Shown here one piece after another: positions 12,671 to 29,899 of a DNA stretch of 64,000 nt. The first letter of the stretch is position 1. Each line of letters begins with the position of its first letter. The notes below the pieces were generated by a model. The model did no database searches. It worked only from the letters and a program-made list of their open reading frames with translations, and was not told the DNA's origin. Source of the stretch: Kudoa neothunni (lineage: Eukaryota; Animalia; Cnidaria); assembly GCA_964304625.1 (NCBI GenBank), contig OZ199838.1, positions 13,865,002-13,929,001 on the forward strand, written 5' to 3'. Both the position numbers and the translations under genes were made by a program.

Positions 12671-15258
12671 TAATTTTACGTTCTAACCACTAAATTTCAT
12701 ACTGTTTCCTATTAATATTCCTTTTTGGTATTTTTCTTTTTTCTTCGCGTAAATATCAGGAAAAAAAATTAAAATAATAAATATTATAAGAGTACGAATT
12801 AAAAAAACTGAGTTTATCATTTCCTATGAGTATTTTAATATAAACATACATGTTTATTTTTGTTTAAATCGAGGTTGACGACTCAAGATCTAATAGAATA
12901 TTTCAGAAAAGTATAGTTCTATTCAGTTTTCGATGATTATCCATAGGCGGGTTGAAACGCTGTTATTCACCGCCTTGATGAGCTCCAATCTATATCTTGT
13001 TTGGTCTGTGCCTTAGATAAGGTGCAAAATTTTTTTCCCTATATGAAACAGATCTAGCTCCCACCAAAGAAGAAGTTATAAATTGCATCATAATAATTAT
13101 GATTCTATAGTTTTTGGTTGGACAAATTATTAATCCTCTATCAGATGAAAAAACAACCACCCTCCAGGGGGCTTTGGGGTAAAAAGAACACAAGAATTTT
13201 TTTCTTTTAATAGATTCAGAGAATTATTATAAAGTTACGAGAGAAATGTGCGAATATTAGGCCTAAGGAATATTGAGAAAACAATCAATTACTACATACT
13301 TAATCCTTGTTGGTCTGCTTCGGTAAGATTAGGTATTACTTCGTAATAACACGTGATTAGAACTTATGGTATGTTTTGTCTCATTTGAAATAACGGCAAA
13401 CAAAAATCTTAATGAAAAATAAAATATAACTTCTAATCAAGACACTCTATGCGGTAAAAATGCAAAATAGTGACCGTATTCAAAAACAGCCACAGAGAAT
13501 CCAGTCGATCATGATGAATAATTTATTTTTGTTTATTTTTTAGTTTTGATTCAACATGAATTTACGTTTAATATTATCTTTCAGATATATATGATAGTTG
13601 TTGTAATCTATTTTTTATCTCCTAGTCCCTCGTGAACATTTTTACAGGCCATAACATTCAATTGAGTAAAGCATCCTTTACGAATTCTAAAATTTAAGTG
13701 TGACAAATGATCTGTGTACGTTGTCACAACTTCTCCTTAGCGGCTACCTATTATTAAATACAGAAATTTATAAGAATGAGAATTTCATATTTAGTACAAA
13801 CATTAGATAATCAGCTGTAGCATATTTTTAAGGTCAGTATCAAAAATAAATTATTTGACGAAATTCAGGCATTTTTACTATAAACTTTTTAATAAATATC
13901 ACAATTCAATTTTATAATTGTAGGATTAATTATCGATCTAACAATAATCTTTCACCGGTGAATGCTGCCATTGTTCTGCAATTTTAATTTAAAATTATTA
14001 AAAGCTTATTTATTGGGAGATATTTTTCGTTAGTGGAATTAGTAACATGGATAATTTTGTTTGATAAGATATAATCAATATTCCACATAAAACTTTGTAT
14101 TATTATATTTATTAAAATAATTTAGAAGAATAGACGAAATTTTAAGTATCTCAGATAATTATTAAATATTCTATGAACAAATTAAAGTCCTTTGGAGGTC
14201 TAGAAAACCCCAAGCCCGTTAGAGGGTTAAACATCTAAGATATTTATGTGGCAACAACCTATAAATTGAATAACATAATGATTATTAAAGGATTCAAAAT
14301 GAAATGAACTTGAAACTCTTGATAGATATAACTCACACTCTAATTTAAGGAGAATCACTTTTTGCGTGTAGTTCGCTGTGCAAACCTAATCGTTATTGGA
14401 ATAATGCTGGTCTAAATGTATTTGTGGAGTTAACACTTATTAAATTTATTTTTCGTTAAATCAAGGTTAAACTCTCCTATTTTACTAATGAAAAATGAAT
14501 AAATTTATTTAAATCATTAGCTGAATTTTTTAAATGTAAAAATTTTTGTTGGGTACTAAGAATAAAGCTCAAAGCTAAAATGATAAAAAATTCTAAAATA
14601 GAGTAACACTGTTGTTATTTTCGTACACCTCCATGATTTTTCTGAACCTCTTGTGCTCTGGTGTAAAGGAAGCAATGAGGCACGATATTTGGACACAAAT
14701 TTAAAAGTTCCTTTAAATGATTCTTATAATGAAGTCTGGTCAGAGGGGAAACATTAACATTTTTGTGCCAAATTTTTTCAGTTTAAATAAAGTGCATCGC
14801 ATACGTATTTGGTAAAAACTCTTCTCATATGTATCAAAACCACGCAAAAATTGTACGCTATTTTTAAGATTAAACTTAATTTATTCTCCATCTGATTTGT
14901 AAACATTGGCTCGATATAATCAATACTCTTTCATATTCAAAAATATTTAAAGCTGGAAATTTTAAAAAGAGATAAAACGAATTTAATTTTAATATATGTA
15001 TTTTTCCCTAGAGTAGATATATAATTATAACTTATAATAATGATTTAATAGACAGTACATAACAATAATCACTGTATACATTTTTAAATTAATTTCCCCT
15101 TTTTAAAATGTTTATATGAATAATTAAATTGAAAGATTTACCTATATTTAATTATGCAAATGCAGTAGCAGTACAGGTCCGACCTTGCGCATCGATGTTT
15201 TGTGAATTATTAACATTCTTTTGAGTGTGGAGTATACATGGAATAATTAAAGAAAGTA

Positions 15259-17074
15259 CAGTGGGTGACGGGTATTTGACACCTTTAGAATATCTAACGA
15301 AATAAAATAACGTGGAAGACAACAACTTTAAAAGAAGGTTGTAAATACATTTTAAAACTTATATTATTCAATTTAAAAAAATAAATATGTTTTCACTCGG
15401 GTTAGATATTAAATCGCGTACAATACTTCACTTTTGTAAAATATGGCTGATAAAAGGTGCAAAAAGTGATATCATCAGATTTTTTGAAAAGCAACAACCT
15501 AGAAATGCTATAAGTCAAACTGTGAAGCATTTTAAACTTGCTTCAATATCGACCCTAAATGGAATTTTAGCAAAAAAATCACAAATTTTCAATATTTATG
15601 AGAGTGGCTCAATTAAAAAAATAGATAAACTCTAAAAAAGGAGATAATGATGAAATCGGCAAAGAATTCTGCAAAGGTTCGAAATGTGTCAGTTATGGAC
15701 GGTTTCGCGGATTTAAAAATAGATTTAATCTCAGAAGATTTAACTTCATGGAGATTCTAGTACCGTGAGCGATGAAGTTGTGTCTGACTGGAAATCTCAA
15801 TTAGAATCTATAATGAAGAACGACGACAAAAATAAAATCTTTAACTTGGATGAAACTGCTTTATTCTACCAACAACATCCAAATAAAAACTTAAAATTTT
15901 TTGTTTCTGTACATTGATACCGTTTAGTTTATACTAAGTTAATTAATATTGAGACGAATGTTTATCATTCATTACTAACTCATTTTTAATGTTAATATTT
16001 CAACTTTTAAAGTTTAGTTCTGTGATAAGTCTATTTTTTAGATTTCTAGAAGGAATGATATTTTATAGATTCTATTTAGGAAGAAGTTATATTTCGTCAA
16101 ACGAGCCAAATCCCAAATGCACTAAACGGTCCAAAAAACGAATAACGCTATTACTTGGGGCCTCCTTAACACGAGAAAAGCTTGAGCCAATAGTCGTGGG
16201 CCATCATAGTCAACCAAGATGTTTTAAAAATTTAAAACGAAAACCGATCCCTTATTACTCAAATAAAAATGCCTGGATGATCACTGAAATATTTACTCAA
16301 TATTTAATCCAACAGAATCAAACATTCAAAAACAAAAATTTGAAAGTTTTATGTTTGGTGGACAATGCAAACTGTTACCCTTCATTAAGTCTTTCCAACA
16401 TTACGTTAATGTTTTTCCCAAAAAACACAACCTCTGTACTCCGACCGATGGATCAGGGTGTAATCAATTCGTTCAAGTCGATTTATAAGAAAAATTTGAT
16501 TGAAAAATATACATTTCACGTCAAAAATAACTTAGATATAAAGTCTATCGATATTTTGGATGCCTTGGTATTGATAAAGAAATCTTGGGAAAATGTCAGG
16601 CCGCAGACAATATCAAATTGTTTTCGAATGGCTGGCTTTATTTTCGAGAATAATAATACTGAAATTCCCCCTGTTCCATCCGAAGAATTAATCAATGTTG
16701 ACCAGACTTGCAATGAGTTAATGTAAAAATAGTCATTTGATGAAGAAGACGAAATTGAAAATATACCACATGATTCAACAGAGGCATCAAAATGTTTTGA
16801 ATACCTATAAGGCTATTTTAAACTATGCGGTTCTGATGTTTGGGGTTCACTTTATCGACTTGAAATGGAACTTTATAAGACATCGGAAAAAGTACGATTC
16901 AAACAAAAATATTAGATTAATTTAGTGATTCTAAGCATATTTTGAATTATTAATAAACACTTGTTTTAATAATGGATGTGAGCGCGTCGTTAGATGCCAA
17001 GTAGCCAACACTGCGGGTTATTTGACACTTTCCCCTCGGTCCCGTAGGGATTACGTAATTCCCGTCATCCACTG
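15259..17074 (+). mobile_element. Tigger/pogo DNA transposon with disrupted transposase
   Basis: TA-CAGTGGGTGACGGG ... CCCGTCATCCACTG termini; fragments IFNLDETALFY, SKKRITLLLG, NKNAWM, LVDNA, PKNTTSVLRPMDQGVINSFK, TISNCF; stops and frameshifts in the N-terminal part. Confidence 0.9.
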
Positions 17075-18317
17075 TGTTGAATTCTCAGATCCAGAGCATA
17101 AATGTATTTACCTGGTAAAAAGAATCATAACTATCTTTCTCTGTCCTAAAAAGCAGTATACATTAATTTAATTGAAGTATATATGGATTATTTTTGAAAG
17201 TTTTGGGGCTTTCATAAAATAATTTTTCATAATCCGTCCTTAAAAATGAAGAAAATATAAAATATTTTTAAAAAAATATGGCGATTAGGATGGGAGAAAA
17301 TATTTAGAAATATAAAAGCCTTCTATTTGTTACAGCATAGGCAATTTTCAATCTTATTATGAAGCATACAAGTTAAAATTAGAATGATACAAAATAATTT
17401 TGACTCCGCGAATATTGCAAAAGTTATTTTAAAAAATTCAATCTATCGAAGAATAATTATTTACGCATATGTGCTAGTGGATGCACATGTAGGGGAAAAT
17501 GATTGTATAAATACCGATATGACCAGGGGGTGCTGCAATTACACAGCTCCTTTATACGAGCCGCTACTGGTCATTATTATCTACCATTTTCTCTTGTCCG
17601 TTAATTCTAAGTTCGTGGAGGAGCATATGTACCGAATCTTGATTTGTTTAACAGAATAAAAACCCCGCCACAACATACGCTCATTTATTTATTTTACGGG
17701 TGCAACATAAGTTCATTTGACGCACGCATGATTATGATATTTTCGATTAACTGGAATTTTGCCAGCCTCACATTTTCCGTATAATTGGGGTTTCACTGTA
17801 TACGTTACAAAATTGATTATTATTCATCGAACTGTCATTGCGGCTAATGTGGAATACATAAATATTTGAATTAATGCATATACATCATTGATTGATACAA
17901 CAAACAACAATCCTTTATTGGAAACCACATGAATCCAGTATGAGAGGGAGCATAAATCGTGGATGCTAATTGATAGCTAGATTATTCATTACTTTAATCT
18001 AGTTGGAAGTTGTAATATTAGAAATATTCAGTTCACAGCCAGTAATTAAAATTAAGGTTCAAATAATTATGTTGCACTTGATTAATCTTTATTCAACTAT
18101 CGATTATTACGGGTGACTGAAATTAATAGATTTTTTTATTACGATTATCACAAAATTTCACCACGGGAACTGTGGTTTACTGTATTAATTTTTGACTCTA
18201 AGATTGATTAAAAATAAGTCTATGAGTAATAACCTAAAATTTGATTCAATGTGTTGAATATTGAATATTCTGTACAAAAGTTAATAATTTTAACTGCATA
18301 TTTAGCGTAATGGATAA

Positions 18318-18519
18318 TGTCATAATCCGAGAATCACGATCCCTCACAATAAAGAGGGAAGTCGTCCCCGGGTGGGCGACCCGGTGGAGACCGACGCGGG
18401 GCCCACGCTACACAGATATACATAGACACGACTAAACGGGGAGGAATACCATCACTACCTTTAGTCTATTTTATTCCAGTTCTCTTTCTTTTTCGCGGCC
18501 TTAATCCCAAACTATAACA
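18318..18519 (-). mobile_element. Solo LTR, 202 bp
   Basis: TGTCATA...TATAACA termini, perfect 5-bp TSD GATAA (18313-18317 / 18520-18524), GC-rich interior, AATAAA on the minus strand; orientation tentative. Confidence 0.8.
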
Positions 18520-18907
18520 GATAATAATCTAATTTCACTTTACTGATTATTTTTTGGCGGCGTTTCAATAACAATAAGTTAGAATTACATCTTCGAACAT
18601 TTATCATTCGTTTGAATAAAAATCGTAAATTTCTTATGATGAAATCATCCGAAGTATCACTATTTAGAATGCGTCAAAGAAAACAAATACAACTGGATTG
18701 ATTTGTGGTAATTAAGATATGAACTTATCATAGTTGATTAGTATTGAAAGTAAATGAAATATTTTATCACGATTTAAATTAAATAAACAATTAAAACCAC
18801 ATAAGAAATTATTAACGGGATTACGATGTCTGATTAGAGCTGTTGGTATGCTTACGAAGATATTTTTCACACATAAATCTGGCATTCAGGTTGTCGATTA
18901 ATAATTA

Positions 18908-20128
18908 ATGGAAGGATTTATTTGTCCGTTATGTCTGCAAAATTTTGTTAATTCCAACATGCTTGAGTCGCATTTTGAAACCTGTCAAGTTGATCAACAA
19001 CAGGAACCACATTTAAATGCGGCTCTTTCGGAATTGGACAATGTGTATCCGATGGAAAATCACGAAATAAATGACAGATTTCAACTGTTGGGTGCGTATT
19101 AAGATCAAAATCAAGAGTTAGTTATTTTCTAGGAGTGATACGGAGTGATTACTCCAGATTCAAGAAATTAAGGAACGAACGAATTGTGGAGCGGTCAGTA
19201 AGACTGAATCGAACGGTATTAAGAATTTGTAAAGTAACAAATATGTGTTCATTTTCATTCCTCGCTATCTGAACGTTGTTAGTATTATAGCTCGGGAACA
19301 AAATACTGCTACGTGAAACCTAATGACAGTAGATTTGATCGCGAATGCTCTCATATTTGAGTCAATATGTGTAGTGGATATAATCATGGGACAAGTTTAT
19401 CGAGCACCAGAAGAATCGATGAAACAGGCTACTCTTTGTAACATTTGTTTTGCATCGTTTGGAGTCTTGAAGAAGAAATACGAATGTATCGCATGTGACA
19501 ATGTGGTTTGTAAACAGTGTCGAAAATCCCTTCGACTCGGTAAGATTAAACAGAGAGGTTGGAATATAGTTTGATAAAGATGAGAAAAGCTTGCTCAATT
19601 TGAAATCGATTGATCAATCTCTCGAGCACGTAGTTATGAGTGACGTTAACAAACTTAAGCCTACATTGTGCAAAGAATGTGATCGATTATATCAAAAGTA
19701 ACCGAATACCATTTTCTTTATCCAGCTTGGGTGGTTTTTTATGACTGAAAAAATTAAGATCTCAAAGTTGCTCTGAATACAATCCGGAAAAGGTGGAACA
19801 AATATTGTTGAACACATTCCAAGTGAGTAAGAATTATTTAAATGTAATAAGATAGTTCTAGAAAGTGAAAGTGTTGCTATCGGTGAGTCCCACAAAAAAA
19901 TTAACTGCTGAAGAACTTTGTCAGTTTAAAGATCTGTGGTATTCAATTGTGGCCCTCTTCGGTGTTTAATTTTATTTTTGTAGTGTTTTTCTATTAAAGG
20001 CCACCAAAAGCACCACTATTTGTAATAATCCAACCTATATAAGTTTATTCACCAACATGTATCGAGCTGCACTCAATAAGATGGAACTGTTAAAATTTGC
20101 GTTGGCCAAAAACACTTCAGGATGTTAA
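18908..20128 (+). CDS. RBSN: Rabenosyn-5 (ZFYVE20/Vac1)-like protein, truncated, degenerate FYVE finger
   Basis: N-terminal MEGFICPLCLQNF..LESHFE zinc finger, GVIRSDYSRFKKLRNERI segment, then FYVE-type cysteine pairs CNIC..CIAC..CKQC..CKEC; about 8 short exons; stop 20126-20128 (3' exon boundaries partly ambiguous). Confidence 0.75.
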
Positions 20129-21815
20129 ATATCCCGAATGGATTTATTATTTTTATGTTCATATCAACTTTCTCGTTGTCGATCAACTAAATATCAATTG
20201 TTCATCAGTAGCGTTTAGTTTGATTAATTATAATTAAACTACAATTATATATTCTAGGTAAGTCAGCCCAATATGTTATCAGCCGTGCCTAATGTAAAAC
20301 TGTAAACATGGTGTTAGTCACGACTTGCAATATTTTTAGTCTTAAGTACGTCCGAATGTGGGTGTGTTGATGAGAGAATATTTATTTTGGTTTTAGTATC
20401 CTCATCAATAATTTTATTAGATTGAACTTTATTAGATTATTATTTATTTATTAGGTTATATCATGAATTTACGAATACTACTGTTTAAAATTAGTCAAAT
20501 TGGTTATCATTTTCCATCTAGCGTTACCTGCTGTTATTGTTGCACAGCAGTCTCCTAAGCTAAAAACGTTAAATAGGATTATTTTTTTCAGAATTAAGAT
20601 CGATTTAATTGGGTTGTTTTTGGATCAATTTATTATGATATTCAATTAATGGGATGCTGCGTAGTAATCGAAATGATCCTAATATTCGACCAGCAAACAT
20701 TCAATTTAATCCTCTATAAATAATTTTCAAACGTAATCCTACATCAGAAAATAATCTAAATCACCACATAATATTTTCCCTTACACTAAATCTTTAATCT
20801 TATACCTTGTCATTAGTGTTTAAATTGAGATAAGCTGAATAAGACTGTCCAGCATTATTTCACATTATAAATCAAATAATTAATGCTAATAAGGCTAATT
20901 ACCAAAAATCTCAAGGGAATACTTTTTATCTAAGATAAAATTAGAAATTTTACACCAAATATAAAAATTACATGGATAATATTCGATTTATAATTAATAT
21001 ATTTTACGGAATAATTATTAATCCATGGAATAAATTATTAATGATTGAAGTTTTACGATGAATAAAAAAATAATTTTTTTATATTTTATATGAATGCAAA
21101 GAACTAAAATCTAATCCAAAAATGTTCAATCTCTGAGAATTTAATTAAAAAATGGACCTATTAGAATTTCTCTTCAAGATTACGTTAACGATCTAGCTTG
21201 CATCGAAAGTTCTTATATGATAGATTTGATTAAAATGTTAACATTATTATGCTTTTGATTTGTAAGATTGACTTACCAACCTCAAAAGTTCCATATGTTA
21301 ACAGCTACATGTGATACTTCAAGCTGGTTGTCGGTGGTCTCACTGAATAATAGCCTAAGTTCGTCTATCAAATAAAGACCTCACGATTAGGGATATATTT
21401 TCGTTAGGTTTGGAGCAAGTGAATACATCGTCACAGCAACATATCATGTTGTTATGAGTTGTTAACAATAGTTAAAGGATGTGGTTCTATTATGTATTGA
21501 GTGAGAATAGATTGATAAAAAAAATCGTAACTATTTAAATGAACCCACTAATCCACTTAATGTATGCTAATTGAAATAACGAATTCTACTACTTCTATCC
21601 AAGTGACCAAAATAACACAGCCTCTACTCACTAACCAACCCCAATAGTTTTAATTTCTAGCCTGTTGATTGCGTTGGTTGGGTTTGAGTGTAATCGATAA
21701 TTCCCACTGGAAACGATAGTGACCTGTGTTGCTTTCTTATGTAAATTAAACACAGATAATCGTATTAGATTTGATTTGTTAATGCATCCTAAAGATCCAT
21801 CATTGCACAACAGTT

Positions 21816-24617
<2,802 letters not shown>

Positions 24618-25661
24618 TTTTGTAAATCCGACATCACTCGATTACCCTGAAAAAACCAAAATATTTCTATCGACGTTTCTTCCCACCTTGTTTTAATATT
24701 AGGTATGTCTTGTATTACTGTTGAGTGACACAGCTGACATTAATCATTTAGATTACTGCCTACGTTATTTATTGATATTTTTATTGTTTAGTTTTTTAAT
24801 TTTCTTTATTTGGATATCATTTTTTGTAATTTACGGATTAGTTACAAGTTCTGCGTGGCTGGCACCTTTGAGAAAACTATTTCCAACTATTGAAATATTG
24901 CTTTCTATTAATGCATTGTCAATTAATTCATCCTTAATTTTGTCACTGTATAATTAACATCTACGTCATTATTTTCGATGTTTACAGCAAGTCTCATTTC
25001 TAATTAAGCCAAAAACCTTTTAATATATTTTTATTGTGACATATTACAAGCCAATTCATGCATTATAATTTCCTGTTACTTTTAATCATGCTTGTGGGGA
25101 AAAAATTTTTTATTCACAATTTTTAATGCCCTCAAACTAAATATTGAATTAATTAAAGTTTTTTTCTTCAATCAATCAATGGGTTATTTTTAATGCAAAC
25201 AATATTAATTAATGAAAATTTTCAATTCATTCAAATAAATCATAAATAATTATAATAAATGAGTTTATATTATTAGTTTTAAAAAAATTGGACTAAAACC
25301 CAACTATTTTATAGTAATAATATATAACGTACAATAAAAATAAAATTATTTGAAGAACCATTGTTTGTCTTATTCTTCTAAACAAAAATAAAAGAGAAAG
25401 TCAAAAATTCCATTCAATCATAGAGAAAATGGCTTCGGTTTTTAGTGAGTTAATACGAACCCGTATTTGAAACTTATTTAATTTTGGATAACTAACATGC
25501 CGCTTAAGGACGACTTTTTCAAGGTTTACACAAAGTCAATCTTCGGCTCTAATACAATCTCTAATAAAATTCCTATACACCTTTAAAAAATTTAATATTT
25601 TAAAAATAAACAATAGTTTTACACGTGGGTAAAATCATGTTGTATATCATATATCTATATA

Positions 25662-25807
25662 CAGTCAAACCTCGATTATCCGGAAGATTTGGGGCCGGCG
25701 ATTATTTTTTTGGATAACGATAACAAGGTTCCGGTTAATTCAACATAAACAATGTCTTGCGCACGGGGTTTTTTTAAAATTTCTTCCGGATAATCGAGGT
25801 TCGAAAG
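25662..25807. mobile_element. Tigger/pogo-type MITE
   Basis: TA-CAGTCAAACCTCGATTATCCGGAAG ... CTTCCGGATAATCGAGGTTCGAAAG-TA. Confidence 0.7.
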
Positions 25808-26162
25808 TAAGCATAAAATACAAATTTCGGAATTGCCCCAAGATTGTGTGTTCCAAGAAACGATGAGATTTCAAACAAGATATGGGACTATTAAAAGTCT
25901 AATCTATTAGGAATAATAGAATTCGTGTCCGAATTGAGATGGTTAAGATTTCAACAAAATAGAACAATTTTTATTTTTATTTTTTTAGCGTTTTAAGTTT
26001 TCATGTAAATCAACTTTCGGATGACCGAGAGGATTAGAGCCACCTGGGGCGGAGGTTTAGGCGAAAAATCTGTATATAGATGTTACATTGAAAATTTTAT
26101 TCCCTGAATTAGATGTTCCCAACACCCCCGTGTAGCCGGGTATTACGGCAAGTGTATATATA

Positions 26163-27187
26163 GAGTCGAACCCCGTTTATCCGAAAATCGCGCTATCCGA
26201 GCGATTTTTTAAAATTTATTTGAAAATGATGTAGGTTCTAAATAAAAAAATTTCGTTTCACCAAATTTTCAACAACCGCGATCCGAAGCAACTTTTTGTT
26301 GGAATTTTCGGATAAAAATTCCATGGTGTCTGGATTAGGGTTCTGTTAAAATATCACCTACATTTATTTTTTGGATGCATATGTTCGATTAATAGAAATA
26401 GCGTAACGTAGATAATATAGTATTTTATGTTCAAGATGCAACCATATTCATGACGAACGAATAAATTTTGGGTAAAGACAAACTCTCTTATATCATTCCA
26501 GGAGTAATAAAATATAAAAATGAAATTTATTTGATTGTTTAATCACAAACTAGCAGTGACTTAATAAGACCAATTTATCCACGGAATTGACTCAATTCAA
26601 CAATGTCCATACATCAATTTTTTCCCATAACACTTCCATTATTAAGTCTTATTGAATCTTAACAATCATTAATCAACATTAAATTATTGGAATATGACAT
26701 ATTTTAATTAATGAGGAAATTCTAAATATCGTTATGGAGAATTCTGCGAAAATAATCCTCATTTTTACTTTATTATTCTTATCAGCATTATTAGTACAGC
26801 TCACAATATCCAAATACGGAAGAAATTTTAAAAAAATTAATACTAATAATCCATTTTTTAGAATCTAGAATGTATCATTCTAATATGGCGTAGCGGCGTT
26901 AAGGTCGCACATATCGGTAGTAGGTGTGCGCCGACCACATTGGATCTAAGAACTACTGTGCCTTAAACTAATGTTTTCACATTGTATTAACTAGTATAAC
27001 TAATACACCGTAGATTTTTCTTTAAAAATATAAAACAAACATTGAATAATGAAAAATAATATATGCAACGACCCCCAATTTTTTTCCGCCGCACATGCGC
27101 ATTTATCGAACTTCGTTTATTCGAAATTTCAATATCCGAAAGGAAAATGCCAAGTCTCAACATTTTGGGATAAACGGGGTTAGACTG
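26163..27187. mobile_element. Tigger/pogo-derived non-autonomous element
   Basis: 26-bp TIRs GAGTCGAACCCCGTTTATCCGAAAAT / ATTTTGGGATAAACGGGGTTAGACTG, TA on both sides. Confidence 0.8.
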
Positions 27188-27429
27188 TATATCAACTATT
27201 CTACAGGTTATTCTTCATAGTAAGAATAGCCCTGGCCTTTCCCAATACGGTAGGCAACCGATACTACATATTTTTGAAAAATCTTTAATTTTAACCTAGT
27301 TGTTGCATAAAAGCGAATAAAATATTCATTTACTTATATCAATGAAATTTTATTACTAAATTAATTAAAATAAACCACAAACTTGCCAGTCACCGTGCAA
27401 CATGATTGGCGAGTAGTTCCCTCCATTTT

Positions 27430-28560
27430 AGGACTTATTGGTGGTTTTCTGTAAAAAGTTAGAACTATCGAAGGCATGTATAATATTACAAAGTATTATT
27501 CCAGTTTTCCCTCTAAAAGATGTCACCACTTTTTTTAAGATATTCGCCTTCTTAAATGGAATTTTGAAGTATAAATTTAGAATAATTCCAGTTTTGGGGG
27601 GAAGCCTGGCCGTAAAGCCAAAAAACATCAAATTCGACAAAAAATATCTCTTGACCAAAATGTTAATAATTTAATGTGCGTAATGAAATAAAAAATAGCG
27701 AATTAAGTTCCTCCGAAAAAATGAATAAAAGGAAGTAGTTAACAAGTGACGAAAATATTTATGAGTGTGACACATGGATGATTCGGAGATTCCACGAATG
27801 GATTAAACAAAAAAATATATTGTCATGACAGACCAACTGACAGTTACCTATATATTGCTACTAAATAGTTTAGTTAGCTTAAATGATTTTGCAAAAGTTA
27901 CGTGAGAAATTTTATATACAACCTGCATTAAATTACCTTATGCTTTCATAAAAGCAGGTTAATTAATATATTTGTTAAAAAATTTTTTTGTGAAAGAATA
28001 CGTATTGTTTATTCTATTGAAAGCACTTGGTGAGGTAAATAAAGTCAAAAAAACCTAATATTTTTTTCTTTGAGCTTCTCTATCAGGGAAGCGTAAACTT
28101 TTAATAATTGGTCCAAATAACCCATTGTATTTTAAAAACGTAAGAAAACTTCCTTGTTTATATGAATCCAATAAAAGTGCACGAATGATGACGGGAGGAT
28201 TTTGTTTGAGATTCTTAATACAGTTAAATTATACTTTTTAAGTAAAAATAAGAAATTAATGATATCTTAGTTAATTTTAGCCTCCGCTTTAGAAAATGGA
28301 CTTAGTAACAAAAGTTTAATTTTTATTGATTAATTCAACCAGTATTTTACAATCTCTTGGTCAAGAAATCAGCTATTCATTCGAATTTGCTTATAAAACA
28401 AAGATGATAACGGTTTTTTTCGTGTAACGAAGTTGATGTAGATCTGAACTCTTTGAATATTTTAGAAGCTATGGTACTAATTAATAAAAAATTACATTGA
28501 AACGCATAAAAGAAACCAGGGTGATCAATTGTTTTCTTCAAGCGGGGTATTCTGAGTTGG
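27430..28560 (+). pseudogene. Degraded Tigger/pogo transposase
   Basis: Fragments IIPVLGGSLAVK (CENP-B-type HTH), LIIGPNNPLYFKNVRKLPCLYESNKSARM, LNILEAMVLI, VINCFLQAG; multiple stops. Confidence 0.7.
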
Positions 28561-29899
28561 AATTCAACTAAAATGGTGAATGTCTAAGGTACTCTGAGAA
28601 TATCAAATCATATAAAGCTTATGAGAATCCGCTTCCTTCAAAAATTGAGGATAAAATTCAAAAGGTGGTCGATGAAAATATTAAAAAAAAACAATGAAAA
28701 CGATTGTACTTCTAGTTCAATGAATTAAATACATATATCAGAAAGTGTTTGAATCATTAATTTGATTTATGATTAAAATTGTTTGTTTTGTGGTCAATAT
28801 CCAACCAATTTCCAAAAAAATTTAGAAAATTTAATTAAATGAAATCGATAATTCATTTAATGTAATTTCCATGGAAAAAGATAAATACAAAATAATATGA
28901 GAAAAGTGATTTAACAAATACTTTTCCATAAAAAGGGAAGAAATACAACTTCTTAAAAGTTTTTCTTGAATAAGATGATCTTAAGACTAAATTTAGGAAT
29001 AAGTTTTATATAACAACTATTGTAATTCCTGCAACATCAATGCATATCATCACTTGTAACCGATAGTAAGCAATTTTATTCGTGATCTCATGGAATGATG
29101 TATTATGGGTTATTTAATGTATACTCCACATATATAGAATAGTTTTTACGATAAATACTGAATGAAGATAGTGTAATTATCCTACTGCATTATTTATGGG
29201 AGTTTTTCCGATAAAAATATTAAAAACTGGAATCTATTCTTTTACGTAAATTCTGGTAGAAACAGGAAAACTACCAGATTAGGGGCTACAGTTTACCGCG
29301 TCCACGGCAATCGGAGGTTTCCGTTTCCGAAATGTAATGAAGGAGAACACGGATAAAAGATTCTAAATTTTGTTTAAACATTCAAAATCCTAGGATTAAT
29401 TTTTGTTCATTTTTCAGATGATATTTTATTATTTGTTTTCTTCTGAAACAACACTGAAATATAGAGTGATATCATATCTTTGTTTTGTTTGTGACACTAC
29501 TTTCGTTTAAATGCTCTCGAAACTTCCAATTCTGTTCGTGTCAACTCCACTAACACTCAAAAATTCATTTTTCTTTAGTACAATGTCATGCTTATATCTA
29601 ATTTTACATAAAGTCTCGATGTTTGGTCCTTCATCCATCTGAATTATTGATCCTTTCGTGAGCAGGAGGGGTTTGGAAAATCGAGTCGAGTGTCGAGTCT
29701 GGTTGAAATCCGGTAAAAACCCTCCAAATCTCAAATTCAAACAGAAAAAATTATTCAGAATCAAGTTGATAACCAGCTTTTTGTGGTGAAAGGACCAATC
29801 AATCCCATAAATGTCTTTTGTTTTTCCATCTATATTGGGACTCGTAAAGGAACTCATTGGCGTCATCCATACTGACGATTCCACCATTATTTACTTAGG

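Noticed and set aside
26885-26960. tRNA or SINE head (A-box-like TGGCGTAGCGG plus hairpin)
   Set aside because: No B box or cloverleaf; lies inside a Tigger-derived element.
29507-29887. 126-aa minus-strand ORF as a host gene
   Set aside because: No recognisable domain or consistent splice model; it lies among TE debris with only a faint integrase-like GID/IGPF resemblance across frames.
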